Below are positions 58,187-63,311 of a DNA stretch of 63,311 bases, one piece after another. The DNA is taken from assembly GCA_043810925.1 (NCBI GenBank), contig JBDRNT010000012.1, forward strand, positions 1 through 63,311, given 5' to 3'. Made by a program: the position numbers and the translations under genes. Within the stretch, counting starts at the first letter, position 1. Every line of letters starts with the position of its first letter. The notes beneath the pieces are model-generated. The model saw nothing but the letters and a program-made list of their open reading frames with translations, had not been told where the DNA came from and ran no database searches. The stretch is from Candidatus Eiseniibacteriota bacterium. Lineage in GTDB: Bacteria; Arandabacterota; Arandabacteria; Arandabacterales; Arandabacteraceae.

Positions 58187-58879
58187 TTGAATCCGGAACA
58201 ACATCGGCAGGCGATCGAATCCATCGCCCGCGGCATGGGTGCGGTGCTCTTCGGTGTTGCCGACCTGGGGGACGTGTCCGACGCTTCGGGTGAGGTCCCG
58301 CTTTCCGGACTCACGACGGGCATATCCTTCGCCTTCAGGCTCAGCGATGTTGTACTCGAAGGCATAACTGACCATCCCACAAGAACTTATCAATATCATT
58401 ACCGGCAGGTGAACCTCCTTCTCGACCAGATCGGTCTTCGCATCGCCGCGCATATCCAGGCCTCGGGCTTCAGGGTCTTCCCGGTGCCGTCATCCCAGAT
58501 TGTCGATTGGGAGAACCTCAAAGGTCATGTATCTCACAGGGCAATCGGAAGGCTGGCCGGTCTGGGCTGGATCGGTCGGAATAACCTGCTTGTCAATCCC
58601 CGCTATGGGGCCAGGCTGAGGTATGCCACCGTTCTCACCGATCTCGTGCTCCCCGCGGATGGACCCATGGATGATGGTTGCGGAAGTTGCAGACGGTGTG
58701 TGGCGGCCTGTCCAGGAGGGGCTATCGGTGACAGTCCCGAGACCTTCGATCTCGACAAGTGCATCAACACCATTGATACCATCAGAAAGAAGCCCAACAT
58801 AGGGTCCCACATCTGCGGTATCTGCATCAAAGCCTGCGCCGGCAAGTGCGACTACCGGGCGAATGGCGATACCCAATAG
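58187..58879 (+). CDS. Epoxyqueuosine reductase (QueG)-like 4Fe-4S protein
   Basis: SHRAIGRLAGLGWIGRNNLL, YGARLR..TVLTD, CxxCxxCxxxCP and CGICIKAC. Confidence 0.8.
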   Translation: MNPEQHRQAIESIARGMGAVLFGVADLGDVSDASGEVPLSGLTTGISFAFRLSDVVLEGITDHPTRTYQYHYRQVNLLLDQIGLRIAAHIQASGFRVFPVPSSQIVDWENLKGHVSHRAIGRLAGLGWIGRNNLLVNPRYGARLRYATVLTDLVLPADGPMDDGCGSCRRCVAACPGGAIGDSPETFDLDKCINTIDTIRKKPNIGSHICGICIKACAGKCDYRANGDTQ

Positions 58880-59071
58880 CCCGGTAGCAGGCCTGACTTC
58901 AGTCCCCTCGGCAACTCTCACAGCCGGAAGCATGTCGCCGCCTGCCGCCTGCCGTCTTCCCGGCGACTGAATAGACTCAACTCGATCTCGCCAACGCTCG
59001 ATACCCTATATGGGGAGCTCTACCGATGCCCCTTCACGCCTTCGGCATCAAAGAAGGTGGGGGACAGTGCG

Positions 59072-60775
59072 ATGGCAAGGACAATTGAAAGACCGCCGAC
59101 AACGATCATTTCAAGGCCGATCTCTTCCTCGAGACGGGAGCTCATAGAGATTCAGCGGGAGATAGTTGAAGAGCTCAAGCAGGAGATTGAAATGTCCGTC
59201 GGCAAGGCCACCACAGAATCCCAGGTCTATCTCGAAGAATACGCCCGGGAGTTCGAGCAATATCAACGCCTTTCCAACTGGGGGGAACTGATCGCCAACG
59301 TCCGGAAGGCCGATATCGTATATAACGGCGACTATCATACGATGGCTCAAGCCCAGCGGATACCCTTAAGACTGCTCCGCGAGATCGTGCCGTACCATCG
59401 CGAAGTGACACTTGCCCTTGAGATGGTCCGTATCGAGCACCAGAAACAACTCGACTCATTCATGAGGGGTAAGCTCACCGAGGAGAAATTCCTCGAAGCC
59501 ATCGACTACGACCGGACCTGGGGTTTTCCGTGGGAGTATTACAAGGATCTCTTTATCTTTGCCAGGGAGCGCGGGGTCAGAGTGATCGGGATCAACTCGG
59601 AACCCAAGAAGGGTCGTGGCGTTCTCAAGCGCAGGGACCGCTCGGCAGCGCGGGTGATCGCACGGGAGCACCTCGCAAATCCGGAGAGGCTGATATACGT
59701 ATTCGACGGGGACCTGCACGTTGCACCTACGCATTTGCCTGCAGCCGTAAATGCGCTGCTTGCAGAGTTTAACGGCAACATCAAGAGCGTCATCGTCTAT
59801 CAGAACAACGAGCAGATCTACTGGAAGCTGGCAAGGCTGGGTATTGAACAGGAGACGGATGTTGTCCTGATATCGAAGGGCAAGTTCTGTGTAATGAGCA
59901 CCCCACCGGTCATCAAGTTTCAGTCCTACTTCAACTGGATCGACAATACCAGAGAGCTGACCTCGCCGGTCACACAAACCTGGCGACCCGATTTGGCCGG
60001 CGAAGAAGACCTCTATAGCCAGGTACTCCGGCTTGTAAGAATGATCGCAGAGTTCCTTGAGATCGAGGTCGAGGGATTAGCTGATTTCGTGGTCTACTCG
60101 CCCGCCGACCTGGACTTCCTGGACGAGTTGAAGACGGATGCGCAATTCACCCCTGCCGAGCTGGCGGCTATCTCGACCCACATACGTACAAATGAATCCT
60201 ATTTCATTGAGAAGGGAAGCATCATATACATCGCCAATCTTTCCATAAACCACGCCGCCGAAGAATCCGCGCATTTCATACACACCGTGTGTGCCGGACC
60301 CAGGCGGAGTGACATCAATATGGTCGAAGACTTTTACTGCCGAGTTATGCGGGAGGCCGTGGGCTTCTTCGGGTCCAAGGTGGTCAATCACAAGCGGCCG
60401 TGCTTTGGGCTCAATGACTTCAAGTACCTCAAGCGTAGATACCCCACCAAGCCACCCGAGCAGACTACCGAAATGATCTCGATAGGCAAGCTCGTACGCA
60501 AACACAAGCAGTGGGAGAAATCCTATCTTTCACGGGGAAAGCCCTGGAAGACCGAGGGCCCCATGTACAACCTTCCCCTTGGAATTCACATCGGTGTTAC
60601 CCATGCACTGGGCTATATGCTGGGCTACCGGCTGTTTGAAGGTCTGATGAAAGGGACGATCGAGAAGAAGACGGTGCGGGACCTCTTCTTCACCAATCTC
60701 TCGGATCTTTCGCAGTCACTCGGTATCTACCTCAGGAGCATCTCCAGCATGTCGAGGTCCGGCCGGTTGAGATAG
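59072..60775 (+). CDS. ChaN/DUF399-like domain conserved hypothetical protein
   Basis: GDYHT, LALEMV...Q..LD, WGFPW..Y, RD..AA, GDLHVA..HLP; no signal peptide seen. Confidence 0.7.
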   Translation: MARTIERPPTTIISRPISSSRRELIEIQREIVEELKQEIEMSVGKATTESQVYLEEYAREFEQYQRLSNWGELIANVRKADIVYNGDYHTMAQAQRIPLRLLREIVPYHREVTLALEMVRIEHQKQLDSFMRGKLTEEKFLEAIDYDRTWGFPWEYYKDLFIFARERGVRVIGINSEPKKGRGVLKRRDRSAARVIAREHLANPERLIYVFDGDLHVAPTHLPAAVNALLAEFNGNIKSVIVYQNNEQIYWKLARLGIEQETDVVLISKGKFCVMSTPPVIKFQSYFNWIDNTRELTSPVTQTWRPDLAGEEDLYSQVLRLVRMIAEFLEIEVEGLADFVVYSPADLDFLDELKTDAQFTPAELAAISTHIRTNESYFIEKGSIIYIANLSINHAAEESAHFIHTVCAGPRRSDINMVEDFYCRVMREAVGFFGSKVVNHKRPCFGLNDFKYLKRRYPTKPPEQTTEMISIGKLVRKHKQWEKSYLSRGKPWKTEGPMYNLPLGIHIGVTHALGYMLGYRLFEGLMKGTIEKKTVRDLFFTNLSDLSQSLGIYLRSISSMSRSGRLR

Positions 60776-60946
60776 CGGGTCCCGGCCGTCTTTGAATGTA
60801 CGTCAACGCTATGGCAGCGACACACCACTCGTTCTGCCCCGAACACACCTCACCACCCCGGCGGTCTGCATACGATTCTCCGGCCGGTTTGGCTTGACCC
60901 CTGTGCCGGTTGTGTGATATTGAGGTTGAGATTGAGGGGGGCGGTT

Positions 60947-61378
60947 ATGGCAGTCAAACCGTCGCGTGAAGACGGCCATCTCATAGTTGCCGCGGTCAGG
61001 GTGCTGTCTCACAATGCTATGAAGCCTCCGACACCGGAGGATATCGCCGATCTGCTCGGACTGGCACCTGAATTCGCAAGGAACCTCGTGGTTGCGCTTG
61101 GAGATGAAGGTATTCTTCGTGTCGTAGTGAATCCATTTGAGATAAGGGCCGAGGTCGAGGACCACACCAGGCTTGAAGACCTGCCGACCGAAAGCAGTGC
61201 TCCCACGATAAAAGATGAGATCGAGGATTTCGTCAGACGAAGGCAAGAGGCGGTCGATGAGACCGGAAAAATGCTCAACATGGACGATATCAAGAAGAAG
61301 AGAAGGGAAAAGCTCTCACGGCTCGAAGATGAGATGAGGAGGATGAAGGATAAGGGGCGACTTCCACCCTTTGACTAG
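60947..61378 (+). CDS. Hypothetical protein with HTH-like N-terminus and charged C-terminal coil
   Basis: PPTPEDIADLLGL...LGDEGIL; GAGGGGG RBS. Confidence 0.7.
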   Translation: MAVKPSREDGHLIVAAVRVLSHNAMKPPTPEDIADLLGLAPEFARNLVVALGDEGILRVVVNPFEIRAEVEDHTRLEDLPTESSAPTIKDEIEDFVRRRQEAVDETGKMLNMDDIKKKRREKLSRLEDEMRRMKDKGRLPPFD

Positions 61379-61404
61379 ATCTGCCGATCCCCGGTCGGCC
61401 CTGA

Positions 61405-61515
61405 TCAGGGTTCCCGCTTTCTGGCAAGCACCAGACAGACTATAATACCGCCGTAGAGCACGACACTTGTCACCACGAGCATGACTATTGCCGAAGCGGG
61501 CAGCTTCCCGAGCAT
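61405..61515 (-). CDS. MetS-like small subunit of NSS transporter (36 aa, absent from ORF track)
   Basis: MLGKLPASAIVMLVVTSVVLYGGIIVCLVLARKREP*; SAI.M...LYGG single TM directly downstream of the NSS gene. Confidence 0.75.
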   Translation of the reverse strand: MLGKLPASAIVMLVVTSVVLYGGIIVCLVLARKREP

Positions 61516-61528
61516 AGTTGCGATCACG

Positions 61529-63016
61529 TTATGCAGGCCTCCTTGTTCGGGATCTCATGAGCAAGATGGAAATCACCGGCAGTGCGATCACAACGGACCA
61601 GCCACCTGCGAATTCCACCCATCGCGGGATGCCTTCGTATGCCCCGAGAACCCTCGCTTTGATCTCCAGTGCGATCGATATCGAGAGGATCACCGGAGTT
61701 ACGAACATTATCATCACATCCCACCACTTCCCTATTGAGAATTCGGATTTCGAATTGACGTATTCACGGATGTGCTTGGTTCCGTAGAAGTAGCCGATCA
61801 CCAGACACTCCAGAAGCGCGACCGCCACTATGCCGAAACTGTTCATGAAATAGTCGGTCACATCAAGCCAGTAGTAACCGGATCGCGTGGTGAACACAAG
61901 TCCCACGATTATAGCAACGATAGCAACACCGAAGTTGGCCTTGAGCCTTGCGGCGTTGTACTTGTCCATGAATGCTGCGGCGGCGGCCTCAACCAGCGAG
62001 AACGCAGAGTCTATGGCAAGTGTCATCAGCATGATGAAGAAGACCGCCCCGAAGAAACTGGCCGCCCGGCCCAGCTGACTTATTATGGTCGGGTAAGTCA
62101 GAAAGACGAGACCGAATCCCTTGGCCTTATCCGGGTGCAAGGCGAGGAGGCCCTCCATATCAAGCCCCATCTGGTGTGCGTAGTGGCCGAGGGTTGCAAA
62201 GACGGCGAACCCGCCGAGGAAGGATGTCCCGCAATTGGCAAGAGACACGATAAAGGCGTTGTTCACGATATCCGACTTCTTGGGCAGGAAACTGGCGTAT
62301 GCGATCATGACCCCGAATGCGATCGAAAGCGAGAAGAAGATCTGGCCGTATGCTGCAAGCCATACACTGCTGTCACGCAAGGCCGCAAAGTTGGGTGTCA
62401 GGTAGTAGGCGATACCTTGCTCCGCGCCGGGAAGGGACAGGCCCTTTATCACAAACAGGACAAGGCAGATCCATGGCAGAGGTACCGTGAGGTAGACCAC
62501 CTTGCCGACACTTCGTGCTCCCTTCCATACGCAGAGGATGATAAGCACCCAGGATATCAGGAGTCCCGCCAGAATGGGGCCACTGATCGAGAAGATGTCC
62601 TTCATGTTGCTCGATTTGTTGAGGAACTGATTATAGAAGAAGTCCTCGGTATTGGCTCCCCAGGTAAGATTGAACGAGTACCTGAAGTAATTCGCGCACC
62701 ATCCCATGATCACAGCGTAGTAGCAAATGATCATGAAACCGACACCGACGGCCATCCACCCCACCCACTCCCGGCCCTTGCCGGTGCCACGGAATGCCAC
62801 GGGCGCTGATGCTTCCATCTTGTGGCCGAGGCCCATCTCGAGCACCATCAGAGGTATCCCGGCAGTGAACAGCGCGACAAGATAGGGGATAAGAAACGCG
62901 CCTCCCCCGTATTTAACGCAGATATAGGGAAAACGCCACACGTTTCCAAGCCCGATCGCCGACCCGATCGCAGCCAGCACGAAAGACGTCCTTGACGGCC
63001 AGTATTCCTTACTCAC
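61529..63016 (-). CDS. Sodium-dependent transporter (NSS/SNF family)
   Basis: GSAIGLGNVWRFPY, GGGAFLIPY, QIFFSLS, GLVF..YP, SAFSLVE. Confidence 0.95.
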   Translation of the reverse strand: MSKEYWPSRTSFVLAAIGSAIGLGNVWRFPYICVKYGGGAFLIPYLVALFTAGIPLMVLEMGLGHKMEASAPVAFRGTGKGREWVGWMAVGVGFMIICYYAVIMGWCANYFRYSFNLTWGANTEDFFYNQFLNKSSNMKDIFSISGPILAGLLISWVLIILCVWKGARSVGKVVYLTVPLPWICLVLFVIKGLSLPGAEQGIAYYLTPNFAALRDSSVWLAAYGQIFFSLSIAFGVMIAYASFLPKKSDIVNNAFIVSLANCGTSFLGGFAVFATLGHYAHQMGLDMEGLLALHPDKAKGFGLVFLTYPTIISQLGRAASFFGAVFFIMLMTLAIDSAFSLVEAAAAAFMDKYNAARLKANFGVAIVAIIVGLVFTTRSGYYWLDVTDYFMNSFGIVAVALLECLVIGYFYGTKHIREYVNSKSEFSIGKWWDVMIMFVTPVILSISIALEIKARVLGAYEGIPRWVEFAGGWSVVIALPVISILLMRSRTRRPA

Positions 63017-63170
63017 TTTTCGCGTAACCCCCTCTTAGGGTGTTAGACAGTGCTGAAACACCAATTGCTTATCATAGCCTCGGAGCGACTGTCAACCAAT
63101 CTTTGACATGGTTTTGAGGTGTGTCACCGGTTCTGCGGAGGGTATTGCAGGTGCGTGTCGTTACGCCGGA

Positions 63171-63311
63171 CTAGTGTTCTGACCCGGAAATATCTTTACA
63201 CATAGCATAGATGGTCTCAAAGATTTGGTCGGCCGATTTGGTCCAGACGAAAGGCTTGGTGTTGTGGTTGTAGATTTCGAGATAGCGATTGATCTTGATC
63301 ATGAGATCTCG
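63171..63311 (-). mobile_element. Right end of IS630-family transposase (partial, window edge)
   Basis: Minus strand RDLMIKINRYLEIYNHNTKPFVWTKSADQIFETI...ISGSEH* ending in a TAG within a CTAG site. Confidence 0.85.

Noticed and set aside
58187-58879. Reductive dehalogenase or bona fide queG
   Set aside because: Short protein with no Tat signal, no RdhB anchor gene and without the full QueG length or motifs; left as QueG-like.

Overview
A ~63 kb bacterial contig, probably from an uncultured FCB-related lineage (Eisenbacteria/Krumholzibacteriota/Latescibacteria-like). That placement is inferred from a C-terminal TWGxIK motif, a dockerin-like secreted protein and a Fibrobacter-type LexA box. 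Each end is exactly 141 bp of an IS terminus: IS1202/ISNCY-like on the left, IS630 on the right. Positions ~2.5-9.2 kb look accessory, with a truncated DUF4386 gene, an orphan N-acetyl-sugar amidotransferase, a wHTH + nucleotidyltransferase-like pair, a membrane-anchored TPR protein, a 53-bp direct repeat, an IS3 relic and a tRNA-3'-end relic. The best candidate for an undescribed system is at 9320-12943. A small secreted pro-peptide gene with repeated GDP motifs abuts a TPR-domain sigma54 enhancer-binding protein (intact GAFTGA). Next come putative UAS repeats, an IHF-like site, a canonical -24/-12 promoter and small ORFs or RNA with a repeated WGx[HY]P-type motif. Together this suggests an RRNPP-like peptide-sensing circuit wired to sigma54. 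The rest is mostly housekeeping and envelope genes: lemA, lpoB, hflX, a DUF2089 operon with a triple operator, a Thr-type sulfatase, a sigma54-driven minor-pilin operon with a 983-aa adhesin-like PilW, a four-gene DUF6754-type membrane operon, an orphan DNA MTase fused to a degenerate SNase domain, ilvE, nagZ, a P1B ATPase, an SOS operon (lexA-dinB-mrfA-mrfB), pcm, guaB and an NSS transporter with a small MetS-like subunit. No CRISPR array, rRNA or intact tRNA was seen. All family assignments are from motif recognition by eye, not database searches.
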